A stretch of DNA of 64,000 bases from a virus (taxonomy: Duplodnaviria > Caudoviricetes), in IMG/VR virus record IMGVR_UViG_2744054842_000001, positions 1 to 64,000 of that record; one strand, 5' to 3'. The notes beneath the pieces were generated by a model, which saw only the letters and a list, made by a program, of their open reading frames with translations, was not told the DNA's origin and did no database searches. The stretch's first letter is position 1, and every line of letters starts with the position of its first letter. The translations under genes were made by a program, and so were the position numbers. Positions 18,645-27,526 of the stretch are shown here, one piece after another.

Positions 18645-21600
18645 CTACGTTGGGTTGCGCGAGAGCCCGTAGGCCGCTTCGATTGCCTGCGCACGCTCGC
18701 CCCCGCCCCAGATATCAGCCACGAAGGCGTCGATCTGCAGCTGGCCGTCTTCACCGGTGCGCTGATCAACAGTGCCGGCACGGGACCGGTCTTCGATCAG
18801 GTTCACGGTGACGCTTGGCTGGGCGACCACGGGCGCCTGGGTGCTGCCAGACGATTGAGTCGAAACAACCGAGCCGCCACCACCAGCCACCGATACCCGC
18901 TCGTTCGAGTTGATCGCCTCGAGCAGCACCCGGTTACGCTTGGTCGCCGCGGCATTCACCACGAACTCGCCGTCGCTCAGGCGGGCCATGATGCTGTCGG
19001 AGGTGCCGGTACCGGCGCCGGACACATAGCCACCGGTGGCGAAGCCCGGGATCACGGCCAGGCTTGACGCCAGAGCCGTGGTCGAGGTCAGCGCGGCCGC
19101 TGCAGGAACGGAGTTGGCGCCCAGCGTTGCAAGGGATGCCATCGCCGCCGCCGGTGCCCAGGCCGTGGCCGTGGTACCCGCCAGGATCATGCTCTGGCCG
19201 GCCGCGGCTGTGCCGAGAGTGGCGTTCAGCGCAGCATTCAGTGCCATCTGCACGCCCATCTTCACGAAACCGGCGATGATCTCGCGCACCACGTTCGAAG
19301 CGATATCGCCAAGCGTGCTCATGGACAGCTGCCCGCTCATGATCGCGTCGGTGATATCGGTCGAGATGGTGTTGAATGCGCTGGAGAAGATCGACTGCGT
19401 TTGCCCAGCAATGTCGCGCGCCTGGTTGCCGAAGTTCTGCACGGCAGCCGTCCACCCGTTGATCGGGTTGAGCATGGCCTGGTCGATCTGCGCCCAGCCA
19501 GCCTGCATCGCTGCAAGCTGCTGAGGCAGGAACTCGTTCGTCAGGTCGATCTGCGCCTGCAAGTCCTGCCGCTGCTTCTCCGTCGTGGCGTTCGCCAGTT
19601 CGGTGCGCAGCTGCAGGATGCGGTCGTTGGTCTGCTGCTCAAGCTGTACGCGCTGCTGCAGTCGTTGCGTCTGCTGGTCGCCCATGCCGACACCGGCTGC
19701 AGCAATGCTGTACTCGCTCTGCTGGCCTGAAAGCTGCCGCTCAAGCTGTGCCCGGTACTGCTCGGCCTGAGTGAGGCCTTGGGCTCCCTTTATGGCGGCG
19801 GCGTAGTTCAGCGAGGACTGGGCCAGCGCTTCATTGTACTGCTGCTGAGTGATCTTCCCTTTCGACAGCAGAAGCTCAAGCTGAGATTGGCGCTCGACAT
19901 ACTCTTGCAGCGCGAACTTGGCCGGCTGGGCCGCCTTATACAGGTTGTCGAAAGCGGTCTGGGCTTCGTTCAGCTTGCTCGATAACCCCTTCTGCCCTTT
20001 CGGAGATCCAGTGTTTCCGGGCTTCGCAGTGGTGTTTCCGTCAATCTGATCCAGTACTTCCTGAACCATCTCCGCAACCGTCTTGGTTTTCGGCGATGAC
20101 TTCGGTTGCGAGGTCGGCTGCTGCTGGCCAAAGGTCAGAAGGCTAGCCCCCTGCAGAGTTTGCTTAGGCTCGTATTTCTCGACCAGCGAAAGCCCCTTGG
20201 CGTAGCGCACTGTCTGGTCGATAACGGTTTGAATCGCATCAACCTGGCGCTTGGCGCTGGACTCGGCGTTCTCAGCCATGGTCTTCATGGAGCGCCCTTG
20301 GCTCTCCATTTGCGACTTAATGGCTTCGGACGCAGTGATCGAAGCTGTGAGCTGAACCCGCAGCCTTTCCTGGTCTTCCTTCTTGCCGTCCTTGACTGCC
20401 TCCTCGTACTTCTTGAGGAGGTCGGTTTGTTCTCCGATCAGGCGCGCATATTCGACCTGCTGGCTGTTGAATCCAGCCTTCGCAGCCGTATATGCAGCCT
20501 CTTGGGCAGTATTTGCGCCAATGAGGTCACGGGTTTGCGTCAGCTGGGAAATGTACTTTTCCCAGGCCTGCTCGCCACCACCGACTGCCGCAGCCGAGGC
20601 CTGCTGCGCGCTCGCCTGGGACTTGGCTGAACTGGTAGCACCATCAGTTGCGGTCTTGCTGCGGTCAAGCAAGCGGGCGTAGTCGTCAGCCTTCTGGCTG
20701 CTGGCGGAGTATTCGGCGCCGATCCTGACCAGTTCGTCGCGGTACACGCTGGAAATCTGGGTGTTGCTGGTCAGCCATCCGGTCAGCGAGTCCAGCGATC
20801 GCTGTCCGTTCCTGACCTCTTCAAACATGCGCTTGAAGGTGTCGGCCGACTCGACTCCACTGACGCCTAGCGAGTTCAGGCCATCGAACGCCCGGGTGAA
20901 ATACTCGCTGAGCGCGCTACTGGCGTCCTTAGCCGCGTCACGCTGGGCCTCCATCCATTTGGCCGACTGAAAGCGCTGCTGCTCGGCACTGAGCTGCCGG
21001 TATTTAACGATGGAATCGTCAAGCGTCAGGTTCTGGTCAATCAGCGACTGAGTGGCGCTGTCTGTGCTCGACGAAAAGTAGATGACGGCACCTGCAGCCA
21101 CGGTCAGCGCAGTGGTGAGCAGGCCTATAGGCCCTCCGGCCAATGCCATCAGCCCAGCCGAGGCCCGCGCGCCAAGCGATTGCGCGGTGTTCAGGCGAAC
21201 CTGTGCGGCGTTTTGCGCCACGACAGCAGCCGTGTCAGCCTCGCGCAGAGTCGTTAGCCGGGCCTGGCCTGCCGCAAGCTGGCTCTGAATGATGACCTCT
21301 TGCCCTGCCATCTGCCCAAGGGCGCGCTCCGCTGCTGCCTGCTGCAATGTTACTGCGGCCTCGGCCCTTCTGATCTCAGCAAGTCGGGTCAACGACTGCT
21401 GGCGACCAACATCGTTGATCTGCGCTTGGAGGCGCTGCGCCTCAAGCGCGCGATCAGCTGCCAGCTGCTGCTGCACTGCTTGCAGCTGGGCAACGGTATT
21501 TGCCTGGGCCGCTCTCGCCGCTGCGGTCTCGGCCATCGAACGCTGAGTGATTGAAACTGCAGCGGCTTGTTCGGCCACGGCCTTCCGAGAGGCTTGCGCC

Positions 21601-22673
21601 GTAGCTGCCGTGGCCGCCACTTCTGCCTGCCTCTCAGCGACTACCTGCTGCTGACTCGCCGCCAAATCGGCATAGCGAGCCTTAGTAGCAGCCGCAAGCG
21701 AAACCACCAGCCCAGTTCCGACCTTGGCTGCGTAGGCGCCAGTGATGGCCATGAGTACATCGGTGTTTTCCGCTACTGCCTTGAGGCCATCGCCGCCGAC
21801 CGCCACCAGGCTACCAAGAGCATTGGCAATGCTCTGGATACCCATGACCACTTCAGGCTTGGCGAGCGAACTGGCCAGGGCATCTACCGAGCTAACAACC
21901 GGGTCTACGTTGATCTGTCCGATAGCGGCCAAGAAGTTGTTCTTCAGCGCGACAGACGCCTGCTCGAAGCGGCGCGGCATCTTGTCCAATTCACTGTTCA
22001 GTGACGACAGCGATTGCAGAAGCGCGTTCGTAACCACATCGGATGTGATCTTGCCGTCAGCTGCCATCTGGCGAATTTCGCCGTTTGTGACGCCGAGATA
22101 ATCCGCCAAGGCCCTGGTAATGCGAGGCCCTTGCTCCATGACAGAGTTCAGCTCTTCACCGCGCAGGGTGCCGGATGCCAACCCTTGGGACAGCTGAATG
22201 GCGGCGTTCGACGCCTCTTGCATCGTCGCGCCAGAGATCACGAACGCCTTGTTGAGCGCGTCTGTGACGTTTAACAGTTGCTCCTGGGTGAATCCTGCGC
22301 CGCGCGTAGCGTTAGCCAGGCGCGTATACAGCGATACAGTGGCCTCCAGCGAGCTTCCGGTGTTGTTGGCCATCGCCAGCAGTTTCTGGAACGACTCATT
22401 AGCGTTCGTAGTCGACGTGCTAACAAGGGCCAGCGAGCCCTGCATGGACTTGAAGGAATCGGTTAGGCGCAGAACCTCTCGCGTCACTGCGCCGACGCCA
22501 AGAGCAGCAAGGGCACTGCCAGCCGCTCTAGCGGCATCACCTACTCCTCTGGTGCTTTCGGCAGCATCGTCGCCAGCCGCCTGCAGATTTCCCAGGCCAG
22601 ATCGCAACTGGTCGACCTGCTTCTTTGCACCACGCGAGTCGATGACTATCGCGAGTCTTGATTCCTGGGTCAT
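18645..22673 (-). CDS. Tail tape measure protein
   Basis: 1342 aa, Ala/Gln-rich, QLSQGLASGTLRGEELNSVMEQ, GFATGGYVSGAGTGTSDSI. Confidence 0.96.
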   Translation of the reverse strand: MTQESRLAIVIDSRGAKKQVDQLRSGLGNLQAAGDDAAESTRGVGDAARAAGSALAALGVGAVTREVLRLTDSFKSMQGSLALVSTSTTNANESFQKLLAMANNTGSSLEATVSLYTRLANATRGAGFTQEQLLNVTDALNKAFVISGATMQEASNAAIQLSQGLASGTLRGEELNSVMEQGPRITRALADYLGVTNGEIRQMAADGKITSDVVTNALLQSLSSLNSELDKMPRRFEQASVALKNNFLAAIGQINVDPVVSSVDALASSLAKPEVVMGIQSIANALGSLVAVGGDGLKAVAENTDVLMAITGAYAAKVGTGLVVSLAAATKARYADLAASQQQVVAERQAEVAATAATAQASRKAVAEQAAAVSITQRSMAETAAARAAQANTVAQLQAVQQQLAADRALEAQRLQAQINDVGRQQSLTRLAEIRRAEAAVTLQQAAAERALGQMAGQEVIIQSQLAAGQARLTTLREADTAAVVAQNAAQVRLNTAQSLGARASAGLMALAGGPIGLLTTALTVAAGAVIYFSSSTDSATQSLIDQNLTLDDSIVKYRQLSAEQQRFQSAKWMEAQRDAAKDASSALSEYFTRAFDGLNSLGVSGVESADTFKRMFEEVRNGQRSLDSLTGWLTSNTQISSVYRDELVRIGAEYSASSQKADDYARLLDRSKTATDGATSSAKSQASAQQASAAAVGGGEQAWEKYISQLTQTRDLIGANTAQEAAYTAAKAGFNSQQVEYARLIGEQTDLLKKYEEAVKDGKKEDQERLRVQLTASITASEAIKSQMESQGRSMKTMAENAESSAKRQVDAIQTVIDQTVRYAKGLSLVEKYEPKQTLQGASLLTFGQQQPTSQPKSSPKTKTVAEMVQEVLDQIDGNTTAKPGNTGSPKGQKGLSSKLNEAQTAFDNLYKAAQPAKFALQEYVERQSQLELLLSKGKITQQQYNEALAQSSLNYAAAIKGAQGLTQAEQYRAQLERQLSGQQSEYSIAAAGVGMGDQQTQRLQQRVQLEQQTNDRILQLRTELANATTEKQRQDLQAQIDLTNEFLPQQLAAMQAGWAQIDQAMLNPINGWTAAVQNFGNQARDIAGQTQSIFSSAFNTISTDITDAIMSGQLSMSTLGDIASNVVREIIAGFVKMGVQMALNAALNATLGTAAAGQSMILAGTTATAWAPAAAMASLATLGANSVPAAAALTSTTALASSLAVIPGFATGGYVSGAGTGTSDSIMARLSDGEFVVNAAATKRNRVLLEAINSNERVSVAGGGGSVVSTQSSGSTQAPVVAQPSVTVNLIEDRSRAGTVDQRTGEDGQLQIDAFVADIWGGGERAQAIEAAYGLSRNPT

Positions 22674-22739
22674 GCCTTTCTCCGGGCGAAAAAAAACCGG
22701 CCATTGCCGGTTTAGTTAATTTTCATTCTCTTGAGGCGC

Positions 22740-23378
22740 TTATTTCCTCAGCGCCATCAAAATCAGGACGAACACCACGCAAAAGGCGATAGCTCCAAGT
22801 GCCTTGCCGATAGCCTCGTTCTTTTCAGTTTCTGCGGCAGCCCTCTGATTTAGATCATCTGCCTGCCTGTTTAATCTATCAGCCTCAGCGCTCATGTGAA
22901 GGGTGTTTGCATTAAGCTCTTCCGCATACATGGCCTGGAGGGCAAGCGCCTCATCTGGAGGCAGGTTTTTCAACTGTTCGTTGAACCTATCCTGCTGATC
23001 AAGAGCGATCTGATGAATATTCTCGCCTCTTGCTGCGGCCGCCAGCAGTTCGTCGCTATCTGTCTTGACGTATCTCCGCACAGCCTGCCTATCCAGAGTC
23101 CTTTCCTGGCGACTGCTTCCCTCATGATGATCATTCTGATGGGGGGATTCCTGCAGAGAGCTATTCGACTTCGCTTCGAGTTCTGCAACATACGCGTCAG
23201 TGAAGATAACTACGTCCTCATCTGGCCATCCTTGCATGAGGTTTTTCTGAGACTCCTCATGCTTGAGCAGGAGAGCCTGAATATCCTCACCGCTTTTGGC
23301 CGCATGCTCCAGTTCAGCCATGAAATGTGCAGCAACAGTCCTTGCTAGGCTATTCAGATCATCCCTGCTTTGAGCCAT
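22740..23378 (-). CDS. Moron membrane protein with an internal two-fold repeat and C-terminal TM helix
   Basis: ELEHAAKSGEDIQ..AYVAELEA and ELLAAAARGENIH..MYAEELNA; C-terminal ALGAIAFCVVFVLILMAL. Confidence 0.7.
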   Translation of the reverse strand: MAQSRDDLNSLARTVAAHFMAELEHAAKSGEDIQALLLKHEESQKNLMQGWPDEDVVIFTDAYVAELEAKSNSSLQESPHQNDHHEGSSRQERTLDRQAVRRYVKTDSDELLAAAARGENIHQIALDQQDRFNEQLKNLPPDEALALQAMYAEELNANTLHMSAEADRLNRQADDLNQRAAAETEKNEAIGKALGAIAFCVVFVLILMALRK

Positions 23379-23455
23379 TTTTTGCCACTCCCGAGTTGAT
23401 GGCAGCAATCTACCACCATCAGCAGGAAGCGCCAAAACCCCGCGAATACAGGGTG

Positions 23456-23486
23456 AAAAAAAGAAAGGACACCCAAAGGTGCCCTC
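23456..23486 (-). terminator. Intrinsic terminator closing the pentamer array
   Basis: GAGGGCACC-TTTG-GGTGTCCTT hairpin followed by a T run on the minus strand. Confidence 0.7.
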
Positions 23487-23489
23487 TCG

Positions 23490-23727
23490 ATGCCGTTTAC
23501 GGCCCACGCCGGACCAAGCCATACCATGGCCAACCACGGCACGCCTTGTCACGCCCCAGCTCAATTGGCGGCTTACGCCACCGCAATACCCCCTCGACGA
23601 AGGAGCATTACGCTGTTTTCAGCCCATGCCACACCTTGTCACGCCATATCGCGCCGGACCCTTGCGAACCTAGCCGCATGATGCTTTCGCACCGCAATGC
23701 CCTCTCATAGAAAGGGCATGACGCTAC
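23490..23727 (-). ncRNA. Putative guide-RNA array (VIPR vrRNA-like): two units of hairpin scaffold plus phased GGY-NN pentamers
   Basis: 23675-23621: GGCTA GGTTC GCAAG GGTCC GGCGC GATAT GGCGT GACAA GGTGT GGCAT GGGCT; 23560-23501: GCTGG GGCGT GACAA GGCGT GCCGT GGTTG GCCAT GGTAT GGCTT GGTCC GGCGT GGGCC; shared ATTGCGGTG and GNRA hairpin. Confidence 0.75.
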
Positions 23728-24186
23728 TCAGCGCAGGGCCTTCGTCGCCATCCCGCGCAGCGCGGAGAACTTCGCCACCTGATCCAGGTTATCTCGTCGC
23801 TGATCGTCGGTCAGCTCAGTGATGCGCAGATTTCTCAGCTTCTGCCCAGTGCTGCGGAACACCTTGCGAACGTTGCGCCCAAGCTCTTCCATGGCCACCC
23901 CCGTCTGCTCATGCGGTGGCACCCAGCGATAACCGCGCCCTCGTACTGACTGCAGGCAGACCTGGTGATCGCGCAGCAACTCGGCCTTGAACGCCTCGAC
24001 GTTTGCCAGCCATTCGAACTGCCGATCGCGGAACTGCTCGACCGTGAGCGACTTGGAGTCACCCATGGAGGGCATGCCGAACCGCGCCTCAAGCCAGTCG
24101 TGCCCCACAAGGTCGCCGTACTTGAACTCCTTGAGGAAGTCCTCGACCGCCTGCTTGTGACCGGGATATTTGGTGAGCTCAGACAT
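23728..24186 (-). CDS. Accessory protein coupled to the RAMP-like gene
   Basis: 152 aa, overlaps the upstream stop; winged-helix-like LLRDHQVCLQSVRGRGYRWV. Confidence 0.8.
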   Translation of the reverse strand: MSELTKYPGHKQAVEDFLKEFKYGDLVGHDWLEARFGMPSMGDSKSLTVEQFRDRQFEWLANVEAFKAELLRDHQVCLQSVRGRGYRWVPPHEQTGVAMEELGRNVRKVFRSTGQKLRNLRITELTDDQRRDNLDQVAKFSALRGMATKALR

Positions 24187-24754
24187 AGACCACCTTGAAA
24201 CGACCGAACCGTGGGCGATACTCGCAGACACCGATCAGCTTGCCGGAGTCCTCGATGGCCTTCTTCACCTCCTGAAGGTCAAGCACATCGGCATTGATCG
24301 CCACCTCAAGCTGGCATGCCCAGTCGAGAAAGATCGGCCGGTACCGCATGATCTTGGCCTGGCCGACCTTCACTCCGCGGCAGTCGACGAAACGCTGATC
24401 ATCCCAAAGCGACTCCGGCGTCGATGGGCCGGCGAATTCAAGCTCAGCCTTGTCAGTCATTACCAAGGCTCCGCGCTTCCAGTGCGTCCCCAGCTTCTGC
24501 AGCTTGGCGCCTGCAAGGAATGTCGCGTCGAAGTTCGCGCCAGGGATGAAGAACCCGGACGATGAATCAAAATAGGCACCGGCGATGAACTCAGACCGAG
24601 CAATGGCCAAGTGATCATCATCAGTTTTCTTGCGCTTGGCGGTCAGCTCCTTGTGAGCCTTCGTAGCCGGGTGCAGCGGGTTTGCCAGCTTGTCGCTGTG
24701 CATCATCAGCGGCGAAGTGCCCTTGATACTCAGAGTTAACAGCTCCATGCTCAT
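24179..24754 (-). CDS. Stand-alone RAMP/Cas7-like protein (Vipr-like)
   Basis: LTLSIKGTSPLMMH first strand, FFIPGANF motif, C-terminal Gly-rich loop SGKLIGVCEYRPRFGRFKV. Confidence 0.7.
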   Translation of the reverse strand: MSMELLTLSIKGTSPLMMHSDKLANPLHPATKAHKELTAKRKKTDDDHLAIARSEFIAGAYFDSSSGFFIPGANFDATFLAGAKLQKLGTHWKRGALVMTDKAELEFAGPSTPESLWDDQRFVDCRGVKVGQAKIMRYRPIFLDWACQLEVAINADVLDLQEVKKAIEDSGKLIGVCEYRPRFGRFKVVYV

Positions 24755-25629
24755 TTCCCGGCCCTCCGGGTCATGTACTCGTATCGGCTTTTCAGGTTCA
24801 CGACAGCCGCCATCAAGAACTGGAACATTTCGGGAATCGAGACAGGAATATCGCCAGGAGTAGCAACCATGCCCTCCATCAACTCGCGCTTGGACAGGAT
24901 GAATGCGCCTTCTGATATTTCCTCAATGCTCTGCTGGCCTTTGTGGTCGAAAGCCAGCAAGTAGCGCTTGTGTGGCTCGCCGGCGATCTGAACAGGCTCA
25001 CGCTTAGGCAGGTGCTCGCCCTCGAAAACGTAGGCAGCGACGAAGTTACAGGCATTGGCCAGTTCTTCCGCCGGAATCAGTGCGGTCTTCTGAACGCTGA
25101 AGCGGGTGCGCAGCCGGCTCTTCATGGTGTGTTTGAAGCTACGGCGCAGTGCGACCGGGAGAGCGTTGGCCTTCTGATCGATGACCTGATCCAGAACGTG
25201 CTCGCCGTCACTACCTATTACCGTTCCCATGAGAGTCTGAACAGGTACAGGGAAGGAGCTTCCACCTTGCCCCTTAATCTGGAAGTAGCTGTCTTCCAGC
25301 TTCTCGAACACCTCCCAGGCTTCGTCGGTGTCCAGCATCTTGGCATGACGAGCAGCACCACGCTCAGTCCAGAGGATGAGGCTACGCGCCTGCTTATCAA
25401 CAGACCCGATATTATCGGGGCTGTTCTTGAAAGCCTTGAGATCCGCGCCTTCCAGCTTGAAAAAGTGCTTCCCGGCTTCAAATCGGTCTGCGTTGTTCTG
25501 GAAATTGTCCTGGATGTTTTTGGGCTTGGCTCGGTACACGCTAGCGAGTGCCGCAGTGGTAATGACCGGCAGCCCGGTAAAGCGAATGCGCGGGAGGTTG
25601 TCCGGCGTAATTGTTGTGCTATTATTCAT
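24751..25629 (-). CDS. Phage antirepressor (ORF6N domain)
   Basis: PVITTAALASVY..NFQNNADRFEAGKHFFKLEG..LWTERGAARHAKMLDTDEAWEVFEKLEDSYF. Confidence 0.9.
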   Translation of the reverse strand: MNNSTTITPDNLPRIRFTGLPVITTAALASVYRAKPKNIQDNFQNNADRFEAGKHFFKLEGADLKAFKNSPDNIGSVDKQARSLILWTERGAARHAKMLDTDEAWEVFEKLEDSYFQIKGQGGSSFPVPVQTLMGTVIGSDGEHVLDQVIDQKANALPVALRRSFKHTMKSRLRTRFSVQKTALIPAEELANACNFVAAYVFEGEHLPKREPVQIAGEPHKRYLLAFDHKGQQSIEEISEGAFILSKRELMEGMVATPGDIPVSIPEMFQFLMAAVVNLKSRYEYMTRRAGK

Positions 25630-25696
25630 CTCGACGTTTTTCCTAGACCGATTGACGTTATCCAAAGCCTCAGCGCCTGCCAGCACTGGGGCTTTT

Positions 25697-25864
25697 TCAT
25701 GCCCGCTGCTTTTTCTCATCCTGCATCTCCTGCTCGAGTGATTTTCTGAGCCGGAAGACAATCTCTCCGCTCAAGCTTCGCCCATTAATCTCCGCGCGCT
25801 GCTCCAGCTTTTGTCGCATATCGCACAGCATTCTCACTGCGGTGGTTATCTTCTTGGTACCCAT
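25697..25864 (-). CDS. Arc-family ribbon-helix-helix repressor (55 aa, not in ORF track)
   Basis: TAVRMLCDMRQKLEQRAEINGRSLSGEIVFRLRKSL; AGGAG RBS. Confidence 0.8.
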   Translation of the reverse strand: MGTKKITTAVRMLCDMRQKLEQRAEINGRSLSGEIVFRLRKSLEQEMQDEKKQRA

Positions 25865-25978
25865 ACCTGGCTCCTTTTCTTGCGTTTTGTGAGTTTAATG
25901 CCTTTGATTGCCTTGTCAAACATTTTTTGCTTTTTGTGCGTTTGATGTATGCTTCTAGAGACGTACATAGGGCGCGCC

Positions 25979-26404
25979 ATGTCTGACGATTTCGCAACAA
26001 AACTCATCTACCTGCGCGGCGAGAGAAACCTCACGCAGCAGGAACTGGGAGACGCCAGTGGTGTGTCTCCCTCACAGATTTCAAGGTATGAGGCTGGCCA
26101 GGCAAAGCCTCGTAAGACTGTGCTGAGAAAACTGGCCGAAGCACTTTGCGTGCCGGTGGAGGAGCTTCAAGACGAGGTTCCAGTCGTCCTAGAGAGTCCT
26201 GACGGCGATAAAATGCCGATCACGATAGACCGCGAAACCTTCGACCAGATGCAAAAAGCAGCCCGCGCATCAGGCAAGTCCTTGGGCGAAGTCCTGTCTG
26301 AAACCCTCGCCTGGGGCCTCCGAATGCTCAAAGAGAGCCCCGAATTCGCCGCCAGCCTTAAGCGACAGATCGAAGAAAGCCGAAAGGCAGATAAGGACGA
26401 GTAA
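25979..26404 (+). CDS. XRE-family HTH regulator with C-terminal RHH-like segment
   Basis: LRGERNLTQQELGDASGVSPSQISRYEAG. Confidence 0.88.
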   Translation: MSDDFATKLIYLRGERNLTQQELGDASGVSPSQISRYEAGQAKPRKTVLRKLAEALCVPVEELQDEVPVVLESPDGDKMPITIDRETFDQMQKAARASGKSLGEVLSETLAWGLRMLKESPEFAASLKRQIEESRKADKDE

Positions 26405-26487
26405 CCCCAAGCCCGGCCAAGCGCCGGTCTGACCCATCCGTTCATCGGGAATCACGAACGCCGCGGTCAGGCGCTCTACAATCGTCA

Positions 26488-26504
26488 TTAACGACCCACG
26501 TTAA
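26488..26504. promoter_or_regulatory. Probable HigA operator palindrome
   Basis: TTAACG-ACCCA-CGTTAA just upstream of higB. Confidence 0.55.
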
Positions 26505-26513
26505 GCGTTAACG

Positions 26514-26792
26514 ATGATTATCAGCTTCCGTTGCCAAGAAACGCAGACGCTGTTCACGACTGGCGCCTCTCGCAGATGGGCGCCAATTCTGTCTGTCGCT
26601 CAACGAAAGCTGACGATGTTGAATGAGGCGGTCGCCCTGAAGGACCTCAGGGCACCTCCCGGGAATCGCCTGGAAGCACTACAAGGGAACCGGCAAGGTC
26701 AATACAGCATCCGAATAAATGATCAGTACCGAATTTGCTTTACCTGGGATGCTCAGGGGCCTGAAAACGTTGAAATTGTAGACTACCACTGA
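26514..26792 (+). CDS. higB: HigB toxin (RelE/ParE family)
   Basis: DLRAPPGNRLEALQGNRQGQYSIRINDQYRICFTW..VDYH. Confidence 0.93.
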   Translation: MIISFRCQETQTLFTTGASRRWAPILSVAQRKLTMLNEAVALKDLRAPPGNRLEALQGNRQGQYSIRINDQYRICFTWDAQGPENVEIVDYH

Positions 26793-26800
26793 GGTGACTT

Positions 26801-27112
26801 GTGTTTACTAACGGCATGCGCCCGGTCCACCCGGGCGAGATCCTAAAGGAAGAGTTCCTCCATCCACTGGATCTCACTCCGACAGAGGTTGCTCGGAAAC
26901 TTCACGTTTCCCCTCCCACTGTATTGGACATTGTGAACGAGAAGCGCGGCATCACCGCTGACGTAGCATTGCGCCTCGCAACCTGTTTTGACACCACCCC
27001 CCAATTCTGGACGAACCTCCAGTCTGCCTACGAGTTGCGCAAAGCTGAAATCGCGCATGGAGCAGAAATACAGCGGCAGGTGCAAAGGGTTGTGGAGAAT
27101 GCTGAGACATAG
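26801..27112 (+). CDS. higA: HigA antitoxin
   Basis: RPVHPGEILKEEFL..GITADVALRLA..TTPQFWTNLQSAYEL. Confidence 0.93.
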   Translation: MFTNGMRPVHPGEILKEEFLHPLDLTPTEVARKLHVSPPTVLDIVNEKRGITADVALRLATCFDTTPQFWTNLQSAYELRKAEIAHGAEIQRQVQRVVENAET

Positions 27113-27243
27113 GCGCTTGCTGGAGCTTAGCTAGACTTCTGCGCGCAGCCACCAGGCACTCTGAACGCGAACCTACACTCACCTTTAAATGCCTTGGCCA
27201 CACTGAGCGCGTCGACGGCACGATCGCGAGCTACACGATTGAG

Positions 27244-27453
27244 GTGACCTGCTCGCGCAATAGTCGAGTTGATATACTGGAGGTAGAACCCAGTCACCTC
27301 GCCTCGGTCCGAAGCATGAAAAGACTTCTCTTAAACCGATGCATGCTTTACTCGACCACTCAGAAAAAGCACACCGAGACCATAGCTGCGATGTTCGACG
27401 CGCAGGACACTGAAGCGGAGCGAGAGAACAGCCTCGACCAAGCCATCTCGTAG
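27244..27453 (+). CDS. Hypothetical protein, possibly 5'-degenerate
   Basis: Open frame extends upstream without a clear start. Confidence 0.35.
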   Translation: MTCSRNSRVDILEVEPSHLASVRSMKRLLLNRCMLYSTTQKKHTETIAAMFDAQDTEAERENSLDQAIS

Positions 27454-27526
27454 CACGGCGACAGCTAGGCGCAGGCCAGAGCTAGTCACAAAAAGCCCAG
27501 CGCGGGGCTGAGCCGGTCACTTTGAC

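Noticed and set aside
23379-23710. ORF-track frames over the array (5' extension of 22740-23564, 23327-23710, 23354-23542, 23479-23673, 23490-23681)
   Set aside because: Low-complexity shadows of the 5-nt periodic sequence with no convincing RBS; the likely start of the downstream gene is 23378.
23490-23727. CRISPR array or simple microsatellite
   Set aside because: No identical 23-47-bp repeats with spacers and no cas1/2; pentamers vary at fixed positions and sit in a repeated scaffold, unlike slippage repeats.
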